A stretch of DNA of 63,863 nucleotides from assembly GCA_002633005.1 (NCBI GenBank), contig NMRA01000741.1, forward strand, positions 106,958 through 170,820. The letters run 5' to 3'. Every line of letters starts with the position of its first letter. Position 1 is the stretch's first letter. The notes under the pieces are model-generated. The model saw only the letters and a list, made by a program, of their open reading frames with translations. It did no database searches and had not been told where the DNA came from. The position numbers and the translations under genes are program-made. This stretch comes from Phoronis australis (Eukaryota; Animalia; Phoronida). Positions 51,236-63,863 of this stretch are shown here, piece after piece.

Positions 51236-54200
51236 ATGGCGCGATATTGGGTAAGTTGAACCACAATTTCGAAAGTATTGCAACATCGAACAACAACAAC
51301 AGAGAGTAAAGAAAAAATAAGCGCAGCTTTAAATCCCATATGTGAAAGATTTACAGACTACATACGGGTACGTGCGAAAAAAATCAAGAATGCTTTGAAT
51401 ACCGTCTTCTTTTTACACAATGTGATGTATCAGATCATCATCATACCAAAACCCTTAACGTTGTAGTAAACATTTAAACAATGACGGTAAGGAAACAGTA
51501 TTTATTATTCAAAAGGAAAGGACTTTTTCAAGGTAAAATGCAATGAAACTGTGGTGAAAATCCAGCTGTACTGTGTTATCGCCCTGACCTTTAACTGTGC
51601 ACGGAAGCAGTGACGGAAAATGAGCTGTGTAACTTACATGTAAACAGCAGGACCTTTCTAAAAATGTGATGAAAAGACGCTCTTGCAATCTAAGCGACGG
51701 ACATTTTTAAAGCTTATCTCGTTTAACTATTTCAGGGAGTTGCATTTCTTATTCTCATCTCACTGCTCATTGTCGTCAATGGCTTGACATATAGCACCAA
51801 GAATATAAATCTTCCAGGCAGGTAAGAAAAAAGAGCTTCAACTCTTACTAACTCCATTCTTTTCTTATTAACCGCTTTGAACAGATCTTAATCGCCATTG
51901 TTCGTCCATAACCAAGATCCTTTTCTCACCTACCACAACGTGTAAACACTTAGTATATATTCAGTCAGCTCCATTTCACCATAAAAATTACAAAAAAATT
52001 ATGCATACGTGTTGATACGGCCATGCAATAACTGTGTCATCAAACGGTGACATACGGTAGATCTACTTTTCCATGTTTTACATGTGAAATAGCTACCGTT
52101 GTCCCCCATTAAAATTCGGCAATAAACAATTAATTGTATTTCAACGATGTCAATATAACGGTAAACTATCGTATACTGACCACTCGTTCGGTCAAAATAC
52201 CACCATCTTACCCAGAACATTGTAGAGAGATTTTACTTCCAAGAGATTCTCGTAACGTACAAAGGAACTATCGATTATATTTTGGAAAGATACAGTGTTT
52301 TGTGGTCATGCAACGGTTGTTTTTAAAGAAAACGAATTTGTGGGACTATTGTCGAATAGGATACACTTACGAAGTCATTAGCTAGTTTTATAAAACAATG
52401 AAAATGTTTGTGTTTGGTGTTTTGTGTTTGTGTCACGGTGTATTACAAAACGCCAAGCCTCGCCTGTGTCTGCCAGACATTCTCTGCAGTCAAGATGAGC
52501 TCATTGGCGGGCTGGCGGCCCTTACTGAACAGCGGGAATTCATCTAAATTTATCAGATATTATGCTGGTTTTCCACGTGCAGGGTACCCAACTGACAAGA
52601 TGACGATATTGTCTAGACTTAATGTAAATTAAGAACTCGTCAAAATAGTGGTGTTATTTACCAAATCAATTGTAACAACTGTACTGTGATGACTTTTTGG
52701 CATGACAACTAGGATCTTGCAAAATAGAGTCAACGAGACCCCAACAGTGCTCTATTTATGTTCGGAATATGTCCCAAAAATAATAGGTGCGTCGCAAGCT
52801 CCGTTTCCAGAGATACAAAGGAGACCGTGTATAGGCGATATAAGGTCATTTATTATGACTGATAAGGTACAGAAAATGAGTGTACAAATAACATAAAGAT
52901 AAAATAATAATCTCTGGAAAGATGGGCAATAAAAAACACTAGCACTCAGGTAAGAGGAACCACCCAAAAGAGAGGGTGGCAGAGGGTGGGAAAAAAGGAA
53001 GAGAGATTAGACTCCAACCTAAGTGCTGCTAAAGCGAAGTACTGATGGCAGGAAATATAACTCTACTAGAGAACAAAGGAGCCCTATGACACGTGACAAT
53101 CATCAGCCTATGGGAGCCAGGAGTTGACCAAACTCGTGGCAGTAACACAAACGTACCAATAGTGAAGTTGGAAATGGAATGTCCTAGTGCCTCGAGTACA
53201 GGAGGACCGCATGCGAATCTACACAAGGGGTTAATGGACCAGTCCGAAATGATGGGGGTATAAGTGGGACGAGTCCATATTCTCACATAAATATATTTAA
53301 CGAGTGAAATATCATTTTCTCACCCACTGGTCATGAGATTGGCCTTTCCGGAGTTAAGATATTAGACAAAGACCCAAACGAGTTCAAACTGTGTATCCGT
53401 GAATCTATTCACAGCAGACTGAGGGTCCACTCAATAGAAATGTTGGGTCATATATGGTTTAGAGTTATTCTGATCGTTGTGTTGTCGCTTACTAGAACTA
53501 CTCATGCATTGTGTGTTTTGGTTGTATTGCCGGTCAGTGACTTGTTTCTGATGCGAAATGTTGACTAAGGTATCTCCATGATGGAACGTAGCAGCATATG
53601 TTAATAAAAGCAACGATGGGTTTAAACCTCACTGTGTCTGTGAATCATCACTTGTTGTTGGGTCTATCAAGGTGGCCACTGATTTATCTTCTGAGGATGC
53701 TGTTTTAATAAACCCCGAAACATGTCAAGCCAGTTTAAATCCATCGTTTTTATCGACTTGGATATGAAACGCGTCTTAGTTTCAACTTCCTCCTGTAACT
53801 ATGGCCTAAAACTAGTGTTAATGGCGATATTGTCCTTCTTTTCTACTTAGTTTGGGAACCCGCGAGTGGTCTATTCAGGCAATACCAGAAATTCCTCAAA
53901 ACATTGGGACTTGTACTTTCAAACCATATTTTCATTCGTTCCCCGCATTTGTATATTCAGGTTCATATCGCAGAAACTCACTAACAAGGTCGCTTTTACC
54001 TTAATTGTCTCACGTGTCAAATGACAAAGCGCAAATAGTGTCCACTTTTACGTCTAAATCAAGCAAAAACTCATTCCACAAGTAACTTGTCCTATGGTGG
54101 CGCTTGTGTGCGCAGGCAAATGACATAAGCCACAGCAATTACCTTAACACAATCCACAACCCATTTTTCCAGACACACTACATGTTTGGCTTTCACACGT

Positions 54201-55206
54201 CGTAATTCTTTAGTTATGCCCACCAGGGCTGAGTTTCATAAAGCTTCAAAGTTATCCACTGGATAAGTTTGATTGTTGCATGACGTCAGGTGCATTGTTC
54301 AACTATAACAACGTGACATGTGATAGTGCGACGTCATTGTTGCTATACGGAGTATAACTTTGATGCAACTGGCCCCAGGTAACATGTCGCGTGTAAGTGC
54401 CATCACAGACGGAGAGCTGCGATCTCAGCTACCCCCTCAAGAGAACGATAGCTTCGCCGACAGCTAGCGTCAAGGGGTGCAGATATCAGAACTGGATGAG
54501 ATAGCTGCTTGTTCATTCAACTGTTCTCGCCTTGACGTCAGTTCAGCCATTGTTCACTTGAACGAGACAGTTGAGGGCGCAACTCCTGCCTCCCGTTCAG
54601 TAACGTTAGGACCTCGCTAAAAAGCAAGACTTCACGAGATTACATGAGATATTGCCGTGTATTTCAAATGAGAACACGTGACTTTGACTAGATTTTAGCT
54701 AGGTCCTAGCGTAGGTCCTAGCATCTACTGAACGCACGCCAGGTCTGCGGTGACCCTAACACACGCTATGTGTCGACTTACATGATAGGCCTGAATGACT
54801 CATTTTTAACGAACGATTTACATTTTTTAGCAAACCCTATTACTTTGGAACGCAAAATCTGCTCTGCTTGACTTCGAAAAAATTGTTCAAGAGAGAGTAC
54901 TACCCGACACGATCCAAGTGGTCGGTATCTCATCGTCTCCTTTTGTATGGCGGCAAAGTTTACGAAGTTAACGGGAAGGGTATTGGCAAAGGTGTTAGTC
55001 AAAGTCAGAAGCATGGTTGCAGCCTAACGTGGGAGAGTCGTCCCGCAGGTTACAGCACCGTCTCGTCCACTTGTCTGGAAGGATGCGCAAGAAATTACAG
55101 GCAAACCTTCGGAAGTTACAGTCTGTTATGGAACAACTGTCACGATTTTGCCAACCGTTTCTCGAAGATCCTCTACGATAACAAGTGCGCCGACTGGTGT
55201 CAGTGA
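51236..55206 (+). CDS. Secreted cysteine-rich PPPDE/DeSI-like (permuted NlpC/P60 papain-fold) putative thiol hydrolase, ~158 aa
   Basis: Exons 51236-51250 (MARYW|gtaagt), 51736-51821 (GVAFLILISLLIVVNGLTYSTKNINLPG, phase 2) and 54831-55206 (phase matches). The N-terminus looks like a signal peptide. SHRLLLYGGKVYE and YSLLWNNCHDFANRF match the His and NC motifs of PPPDE/LRAT-type enzymes. Inr-like TCATTC at 51205-51210. An alternative first exon, 51481-51486 (MT), is possible. Confidence 0.78.
54224..54379. mobile_element. Short MITE remnant
   Basis: Imperfect inverted ends CAGGGCTGAGTTTCATAAAG / CTTTGATGCAACTGGCCCCAG. Confidence 0.5.
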
Positions 55207-55332
55207 TACAATCTCAACTGCGAATTTCCACTAATTTTGCGCTTGTCATTTTTTCACTCCCAACGCATTTCCCCGAAATATATGTATTTTTGGCTCACGT
55301 AATAATGTATTATCTTCTTATTCAATTACAAT

Positions 55333-55545
55333 GGGGAATCAACAATTGGTCAGACTTCAAAACCATGCACTTGGCCGGATTTCAAAACCAGGTGGCTGGA
55401 CTTCAAAACCGAATGGTCAGTGTTCTAACTTGGTGGTTGGACCTCAAAACGGGTTGGCCGGTTCCTCAAAACCAGATGGCCGCACCCAAGAAACTGGTTG
55501 GCCGTACCTACAATAGGTTAGCCGATGCTAAAACACGGTGGCCGA
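55333..55545 (+). repeat. Dispersed repeat with CTTCAAAACC subrepeats; a second copy lies at ~39380-39570
   Basis: Both copies start GGGGAATCAACAATTGGTC followed by ~20-bp CTTCAAAACC-containing units. Confidence 0.7.
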
Positions 55546-57125
55546 ACAGACGCCAACGACTATCGTATACTACTAGTCGGAGTGTGTTTACACGAACTAA
55601 GACGCGATTTTTGTAGTTTAATAGTCGTATACGATTTGTCGTCTTACTGAGGATGTCTATCCCTTACAACCACGACATCGTATACGATAATCGGACCACT
55701 GTTTACGTCGAAGTGAATAAAATAGCACTATGCAGACAAGTGGCAATGCACGCGGAATTAAGTGTAGATACCTTCACCCGTGAAATGTTTCTTCTTGTTT
55801 TACGTTACCAATGATTATGATTCAGTACTGTGACAAAACTCTGGGACCTCCGTTATCACCAACTTACTTCAAATGTAGGCAGATCTCCAGAATTGTTGCT
55901 ATTGTTGTTTCTGTTGTTGATTTATTCGGCGAAACGCATATAAAATCACAAACTAAACAATCGGACACGAGAGGAAACAGCAAGTATTTTAAACTTATTT
56001 TGAAAGTGTTTTTTGTTTTTAGCAAAACAACCTTCCACAACATAAACACACGTATAACAGAGCTATCATACCTTTAATATCTTGAGTGTGTCACTGTTAC
56101 AAATCCGAATGGGTAATGACACCAGGTGTCGAAAATTCCGGGAACTTTAACATGTTACTCCTCTTGCAACATTATGAATCTGCTAACAGAAAAATCTACA
56201 CAAATGATTTCTAGAAAATTGTGACAATATTTTTGAAAAAGAATTGCCAAAATCTTCAGAATTATTTGCAAAATTTCAACGAATTCATTGCAGTTTTGAA
56301 GTGAAAATATTTTCCCCACTTTGGCATTCCAAGCCCTCAATCTTGTATTAGGAACATTAGCACGTACAAAATCTTACTTTTATTCTAGTATTAGGAGTGT
56401 TCCCTTTTCAAACCCACTCTATTAACCATTTGTAACAGAGTGAATCTCCAGTGAACACCAGAGACGTGTATTTCACCGCAACGCATGCACTGTACAGTTC
56501 AGTTGCATCTGACATACGCTGAATTCCATAAGATAGGGAAGAAAAACACACTTTTCTCTAAAGCCTGAAGCTAGCGCTCATGCAGTCTCGCCCACATGCC
56601 CCACATATCAAAAGCAAAACAGCATCCTAGACGCAACAAAGGCAGACATAACAATAAATGACCAATAGCTACTAAGGAAGTGTAACAATCAACAAACTAC
56701 AGTTACTAACGTCCTGTCACACATTAAAGACCTTTCCTTCATTAAAGTCAATACAAACCCTCTTTGATTTAAACCACTTCTAGGTCGCGGGACACAGTTA
56801 CAGTCTTTTCACCCTATGACCATGTCAATTTCATTTCTCTTGTATGGATGGATATACATTCAAGCATTTAATATTCGAAAAATCACCAAATTTTAAATTG
56901 TGTAAAAAGCCAATTTCTATGCTCTCTAATATCACGTTATTTACCAAGAGGTGGCGCGGTGTGCTGCCCCTTTAGGCAATCACTAACACAGAAATTGAGA
57001 AGGTTCACAAGCTCATATTCTTTAAACATACCAAATGATGAAAAAATAAAACTTATTGTGGAGAAATTGCCAGCTTCCCAGTTGTGTTGATATTCATCAA
57101 TGGTTGTCACTAATATGACTTGATG

Positions 57126-57756
57126 ATACATACATACATGCATACATACATACATGCATACACACATACATACATACATACATACATACGTACATACATG
57201 CATGCATGCATACATACATGCATGCAAACATACATACATGCATACATGTATGCATACATACATACATGCATACATACATGCATACGTACATACACGCATG
57301 TATGCATACATACATACATGTATGTATGTATACATACATACATGCATGCATACATACACATATACATACATGCATGCATGCCGACATACATACATCCATC
57401 CATGCATACATACATACATGGATACATACGTACATGCATACATACATACATACATGCAAAAATACATACATACATGTGTGCATACATACACATACATACA
57501 TGCATGCATACATGTGTGCATACATACACACATACATACATACATTCATGCATACATGCATACATGCATACATGCATACATACATACATGCAAAAATACA
57601 TACATACATACATGTGTGCATACATACACACATACATGCATGCATGCAAGCATACATACATGCATACGTACATATACACATACATACATACATACATGCA
57701 TACATGCATACATACATGCATGCATACATACATACATACATACATACATACATACA
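57126..57756. repeat. Compound (CATA/CATG)n microsatellite
   Basis: About 630 bp of TACA/TGCA units; the source of the spurious MYVC/HTYI ORFs. Confidence 0.97.
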
Positions 57757-58849
57757 CGTTTAATTGGTGTCAAAACAACGTCTGAAATTTTTCATTTTCT
57801 GAATACACGCCCTGGGACTTATCTACAGAAAATCCCGGTATGGAACGCGAGCTTAAACAAACACTCGGTCGAGTGTACGACGAGTCAATGACACTGCGGC
57901 CAGGACCCAAAACGACCTTAAAAGTTACTGTAATCCACCTAATAAACTCCTTATTTTCTACGGTCGTTGTCGGTTAGTCCAAAAAATAGCGTAACTGGTT
58001 CTGGTCTGCTCTCGACTCATTTTGAAACTTGCACCTCAAACTTAATATCACGTGACGCAGGAAAAAAAGGATCCCGTCCCATTTCAGGTGGCATCGGGTG
58101 CCGCTGGGAAAAAAGGTGTTTGGACCAATTTCAGTCGGGTAACTTTCCTTTTGAAAACACGAACAACTAAAAGATATCATATCAATTTTCCGAACAATGT
58201 ACACAGACAAGAATCAACAAAAAGCGATTTCATCTCACTATTGGCTCAACTAGCATATTACAGAGATGTTCAGGACGTTCGCGATAGCCGATTTATTTTT
58301 TGTGATGGCTATAGAAGATTAAGTATGGCCTATTTGAAGCGATGAACAAATGAGATAATTTTGTATTCAATGTCTCTGAAATTATATTGGGAAACCAATC
58401 GCTGTGATGATTTTATTAGTCAAAAGCATTCNACGTCCTGTCACACATTAAAGACCTTTCCTTCATTAAAGTCAATACAAACCCTCTTTGATTTAAACCA
58501 CTTCTAGGCCGCGGGACACAGTTACAGTCTTTTCACCCTATGACCATGTCAATTTCATTTCTCTTGTATGGATGGATATACATTCAAGCATTTAATATTC
58601 AAAAAGTCACCAAATTTTAAATTGTGTAAAAAGCCAATTTCTATGCTCTCTAATATCACGTTATTTACCAAGAGGTGGCGCGGTGTGCTGCCCCTTTAGG
58701 CAATCACAAACACAGAAATTGAGAAGGTTCACAAGCACATATTCATTAAACATACCAAATGATGAAAAAATTAAACTTATTGTGGAGAAATTGCCAGCTT
58801 CCCAGTTGTGTTGATATTCATCAATGGTTGTCACTAATATGACTTGATG

Positions 58850-59494
58850 ATACATACATACATGCATACATACATACATGCATACACACATACATACATA
58901 CATACATACATACGTACATGCATGCATGCATGCATACATACATGCATGCAAACATACATACATGCATACATGTATGCATACATACATACATGCATACATA
59001 CATGAATACGTACATACACGCATGTATGCATACATACATACATGTATGTATACATACATACATGCATGCATACATACATACATACATGCATGTGTGCATA
59101 CATACACATATACATACATGCATGCATGCCGACATACATACATCCATCCATGCATACATACATACATGGATACATACGTACATGCATACATACATACATA
59201 CATGCAAAAATACATACATACATGCATGCATACATGTGTGCATACATACACACATACATACATACATACATGCATACATACATACATGCATACATACATA
59301 CATACATACATACATACATACATGCAAAAATACATACATACATGTGTGCATACATACACACATACATGCATGCATGCAAGCATACATACATGCATACGTA
59401 CATATACACATACATACATACATACATGCATACATGCATACATACATGCATGCATACATACATACATACATACATGCATGCCTACATACATACA
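58850..59494. repeat. Compound (CATA/CATG)n microsatellite, second (allelic) copy
   Basis: Same array as 57126-57756 with a different unit arrangement. Confidence 0.97.
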
Positions 59495-61211
59495 CGTTTA
59501 ATTGGTGTCAAAACAACGTCTGAAATTTTTCATTTTCTGAATACACGCCCTGGGGCTTATCTACAGAAAATCCCGGTATGGAACGCGAGCTTAAACAAAC
59601 ACTCGGTTGAGTGTACGACGAGTCAATGACACTGCGGCCAGGACCCAAAACGACCTTAAAAGGTACTGTAATCCACCTAATAAATTCCTTATTTTCTACG
59701 GTCATTGTCGGTTAGTCCAAAAAATAGCAACTGGTTCTGGTCTGCTCTCGACTCATTTTGAAACTTGCACCCCAAACCTAATATCACGTGACGCAGGAAA
59801 AAAGGATCCCGTCCCATTTCAGGTGGCATCGGGTGCCGCTGGAAAAAAGGTGTCTGGACCAATTTCAGTCGGGTAACTTTCCTTTTGAAAACACGAACAA
59901 CTAAAAGATATCACATCAATTTTCCGAACAATGTACACAGACAAGAATCAACAATTGGCGATTTCATCTCACTATTGGCTCAACTAGTATATTACAGAGA
60001 TGTTCAGGACGTTCGTGATAGCCGATTTATTTTTGGTGATGGCTATAAAAGATTAAGTATGGCCTATTTGAAGCGATGAACAAATGAGATAATTTTGTAT
60101 TAAATGTCTCTGAAATTATATTGGGAAACCAATCGCTGTGATGATTTTATTAGTCAAAAGCATTAAAGATCAAGTGAATTTCTGGCATTCGGGTTCACAG
60201 AACCAGGGAACACGGTGAGGTAATTTTTATTGTCTAGGCGTTAAATACATGAAACACGGTAAGTGTTAGTGGGCATGCCTTGGTGAATTGATTCTATTTC
60301 TTAAAATGTCTGAACGTATTCAAGTATGCGGCCAAGAATTGGTGTTTGCCAACAAAGGTGTGATCCAAGACGCATTAAGGAAAAGTGAGAACGATGTTAA
60401 TTTAGTTATAGAGGACATCGAGTGTGCTGAATTCCTTCAAAAAGGTTGGTTATTGCTTGTAATCAGTAAACATTTTAGAATCCCGCCCCGCTCGTCCTTT
60501 TTGCGTATACACCTTATTCACGAAGCCGTCAGTTTAAATGTGAGCCTCTTTTTAGGTATTAAAAGCAAGCATTCTGCGCTTAATAACAGCACAAAGCGTG
60601 AATTTCTCGTGTGCCTCGTTATATTTATGCCTCAAATACATTGTTTTAAAGCCTAAAAAGAGGCTAACATCTTAAATGGCGACTGCGTGAATAAGGTGTA
60701 TACAAATTTTCATTGGTGCATTATGAGTGCCACCTGACGTATTAAATTTTTAAAAGTCGGCAATCACGCCTCATTTTTGTCTCCAACTAGAATGTAATGC
60801 CCATTGTGCTAAGTTCTAATAGAGCGACAATTCAGACCAATAGTCTTTTACTATGAAACGACACAGGACTCTACAAACGAGTACCTTTCTGCACGTTGAA
60901 ATATGCTTCTTCATCGAGTAGTATTACTCATTCAACGCGCTACCTTTGGCGCTTCATAGTTTACAGACTTGTTACCTGTCTAGTGCAGGCATAGACTTTA
61001 CCACTCTCTGAACTGGAGCAGTGAAGCTTGCTCAGGTGTAGGCCCTACGTGTAATGACAATGGTCAACAGATATACCTTTTGATTGATAAAATATAGCAT
61101 ACGAAATAATATGTATGAAAACAGATTCTCGAGTCATGACATGTGTACATATATACAAGGTGCACAGGAGTGGTATCCATGTCTCAGAAAACAAGGACGA
61201 CAAAGAGAAGT

Positions 61212-61800
61212 AACAACAACAACAACAACAACAGCAACAACAACAACAACAACAAAATTACTCGTCTAAAACTGACACAAAATCTCCCACATTGCAATTG
61301 GAATATTTTGTATGTGCTTAGATTTATTTTGCGATGTGTAATAACAGAATTTTGTAAGTAACCAAATTGTGAAATATCACCTTTAGCTTTTATTTAAATA
61401 AAAAAAATCTGATTAAGAAAATTTTATATTGTATCCTAGTATTTCATAGTCAGGAAAAACAAAGGTAATTTAGTTGGTACAGAGCTATTCTCAGTAAAAA
61501 CATGGTGTTTAACCAGTATGATAATCTGATCCTAAATGGTTTTACAACACTGCAATCTCAAAGAAGATTAACATGTCAGAAAGTACAAAGACTTCAGCCA
61601 ACAACGCCATTTTTTCAAAAACAAATTGGTTGGAACAAGTTTGTGAATCAGTTTAAATTGAAAGCATTTCAGTTGAATGTCTACAAAATATTTAATGGAA
61701 TTGCTATCTTTTTTACACTCCATGTGTAAGGAAACGGTGACCTGTGAATAACAGGTTGGATATAAATACGCTGCCAAAATTGAAATTATCTCCCCCCATT
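61212..61800 (-). mobile_element. Degenerate 3' fragment of an L1/Tx1-clade LINE ORF2, next to an (AAC)n microsatellite
   Basis: The minus-strand peptide DIQLKCFQFKLIHKLVPTNLFLKKW resembles the zf-RVT-proximal motif (FQ.k..hr.l.TN..L) of L1/Tx1 ORF2 and is interrupted by stops and frameshifts. (AAC)n at 61212-61254. Confidence 0.7.
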
Positions 61801-62717
61801 TCTTGTCTTACATATGCAATTTATAGGTCAACTGACCAAAAAAGTTGTGACCCTTGTCTTACAAGAAAACATGGCTGTCAACCGACTATTCTAACGTTAG
61901 GCCAAGTAAATTACACTGGCAATAGGGTTGAACTTAATTTAATTGCAAGCAAACATCAGCGCGAGCTCAAGTGCANACAACAACAACAACAACAACAAAA
62001 TTACTCGTCTAAAACTGACACAAAATCTCCCACATTGCAATTGGAATATTTTGTATGTGCTTACATTTATTTTGCGATGTGTAATAACAGAATTTTGTAA
62101 GTAACCAAATTGTGAAATATCACCTTTAGCTTTTATTTAAATAAAAAAATCTGATTAAGAAAATTTTATATTGTATCCTAGTATTTCATAGTCAGGAAAA
62201 ACAAAGGTAATTTAGTTGGTACAGAGCTATTCTCAGTAAAAACATGGTGCTTAACCAATATGATAATCTGATTCTAAATGGTTTTACAACACTGCAATAT
62301 CAAAGAAGATTAACATGTCAGAAAGTACAAAGACTACAGCCAACAACGCCATTTTTTCAAAAACAAATTGGTTGGAACAAGTTTGTGAATCAGTTTAAAT
62401 TGAAACCATTTCAGTTGAATGTCTACAAAATATTTAATGGAATTGCTATCTTTTTTACACTCCATGTGTAAGGAAACGGTGACCTGTGAATAACAGATTG
62501 GATATAAATACGCTGCCAAAATTGAAATTATCTCCTCCCATTTCTTGTCTTACATATGCAATTTATAGGTCACCTGACCAAAAAAGTTGTGACCCTTGTC
62601 TTACAAGAAAACATGGCTGTCAACCGACTATTCTAACGTGAGGCCAAGTAAATTACACTGGCAATAGGGTTGAACTTAATTTAATTGCAAGCAAACATCA
62701 GCGCGAGCTCAAGTGCA
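61233..62717. repeat. ~740-bp near-identical tandem duplication at a single N (61976); probable assembly artefact
   Basis: 61233-61975 matches 61977-62717. Confidence 0.88.
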
Positions 62718-63863
62718 GACCAGTCGGTATAAAGTAAATAATAAAATCAAGGCCACCGATAAGGAGCCTTCCTAAGAAGGTCAACAGGGAGATAAAAATG
62801 GTATAGGGCCTAGGGGTCAGACGATTTCACACTTTGCCCCAACTCCGGTCGCAGATGCTTTCACCAAAAGCTGCCCTCGTCGTCATCGCAACTGACGCTG
62901 CATATTGTCTGCAGCATAGACATTTCATAGAATAAGATGTCTAAGGTCTGGAGCCAGTTGGTTGCCTCCGATTCAACTGAAATAGTTCCTAAACTAGACC
63001 TTTTGCGAGTTTATAACAATAACGCGAGATTATGTGAGACTTAACTGTGACGTCACGGGAAGTGGGGCAAANTGGCGGGTTTTGCCCCCTTTCTTGTGAC
63101 GTCACAGTGACTAACGAGAAACTCGCAAGTGAGTTAAGCCAGCCGATTAACTGAATTCGCTACCAGACGCAAAGAACTGACACCTCGAATTCGAGCTCTT
63201 TGTTTCAGGTACAAAACCTACTTCAACTGTGAGTCATTGTAATATACGCCACGTAATGTACGAAGTGTTGGCGTCGTTTCTTTATCAAAACACACCCTTG
63301 ATTATGTATAATAGTCTAGACACGTCCAGAAAAGAGCCCTAAGGCTCTAGAAGCATTTTTAGTGAAAGCTGGAAACAAGACTTTTTACCACCATCAAGGT
63401 AAGGCGATTTCACCTAGCCCTGTTCCCAAGCCTAATTTTGTGTTTTTGACCATCTAATTAGCATAAACAAAAATGCGGCCAAATTGTCAATTTCAGATGC
63501 ATCCTTACAGTAGAAATCACAATATACCATTTAAAATGGTGAAATGTCTCACTTGTATACTTTTTATAAATACTTCTTGAGAAATACATCACATATGAAA
63601 ATTAAAAAATTGCAACCCCAAAAATTAATTATGCAAATTAGGTGCCGCCATTACCATACAATGCAATTTTCATCGTAACTTTGTGCTCCGGCAGGGTAAT
63701 TTGAAAAATGAGGTATTTGCACCTATGTTTTCATGGTCAACAAACCTGCTAAAGATACTTTTGAAGCAATTTATTTCATATTTATTTGGTTATAACGTAT
63801 AACTACAGAATGTGGAAAATATATACGTTAATCTACAATGCTCGTTTAGCAAGGTCTCACTAT

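Larger units (their letters stand above)
56709..60164. repeat. ~1.72-kb near-identical tandem duplication at a single N (58432); probable assembly artefact
   Basis: 56709-58431 matches 58433-60164. Confidence 0.88.

Noticed and set aside
55185-55616. 143-aa ORF overlapping the end of the PPPDE-like gene
   Set aside because: It runs through 3'UTR and a dispersed CTTCAAAACC repeat, with no protein-family signal.
56937-59629. Long ORFs (185-276 aa) rich in MYVC or HTYI
   Set aside because: These are translations of the (CATA/CATG)n microsatellite, open in several frames on both strands.

Overview
Intron-rich, AT-rich eukaryotic (invertebrate animal-type) genomic DNA from a draft, apparently heterozygous assembly. 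Four spliced genes could be rebuilt by hand from splice sites and reading-frame phase. (1) CCDC22 on the minus strand has 15 exons in the window; its last exon lies off the left edge. (2) SCLT1 on the plus strand (20 exons, ~704 aa) is head-to-head with CCDC22, with only ~350 bp between the ATGs, and appears to need one GC-AG intron. (3) A 205-aa protein built from two tandem DUF1330-like domains. (4) A ~158-aa secreted, cysteine-rich protein with a PPPDE/DeSI-like (permuted NlpC/P60) His...Asn-Cys catalytic signature; this is the most novel-looking gene, and the ORF track shows only part of it. The rest is a dense transposon landscape: TTAA-flanked Kolobok-like MITEs, other MITEs, a probable solo LTR, an L1/Tx1 fragment, tRNA-derived repeats, a highly structured 286-bp retroposon with a 12-bp TSD, and microsatellites. 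Six near-identical tandem duplications sit on N gaps and are probably uncollapsed haplotypes. They usefully expose filled versus empty transposon sites. All family assignments come from remembered motifs, not from database searches.
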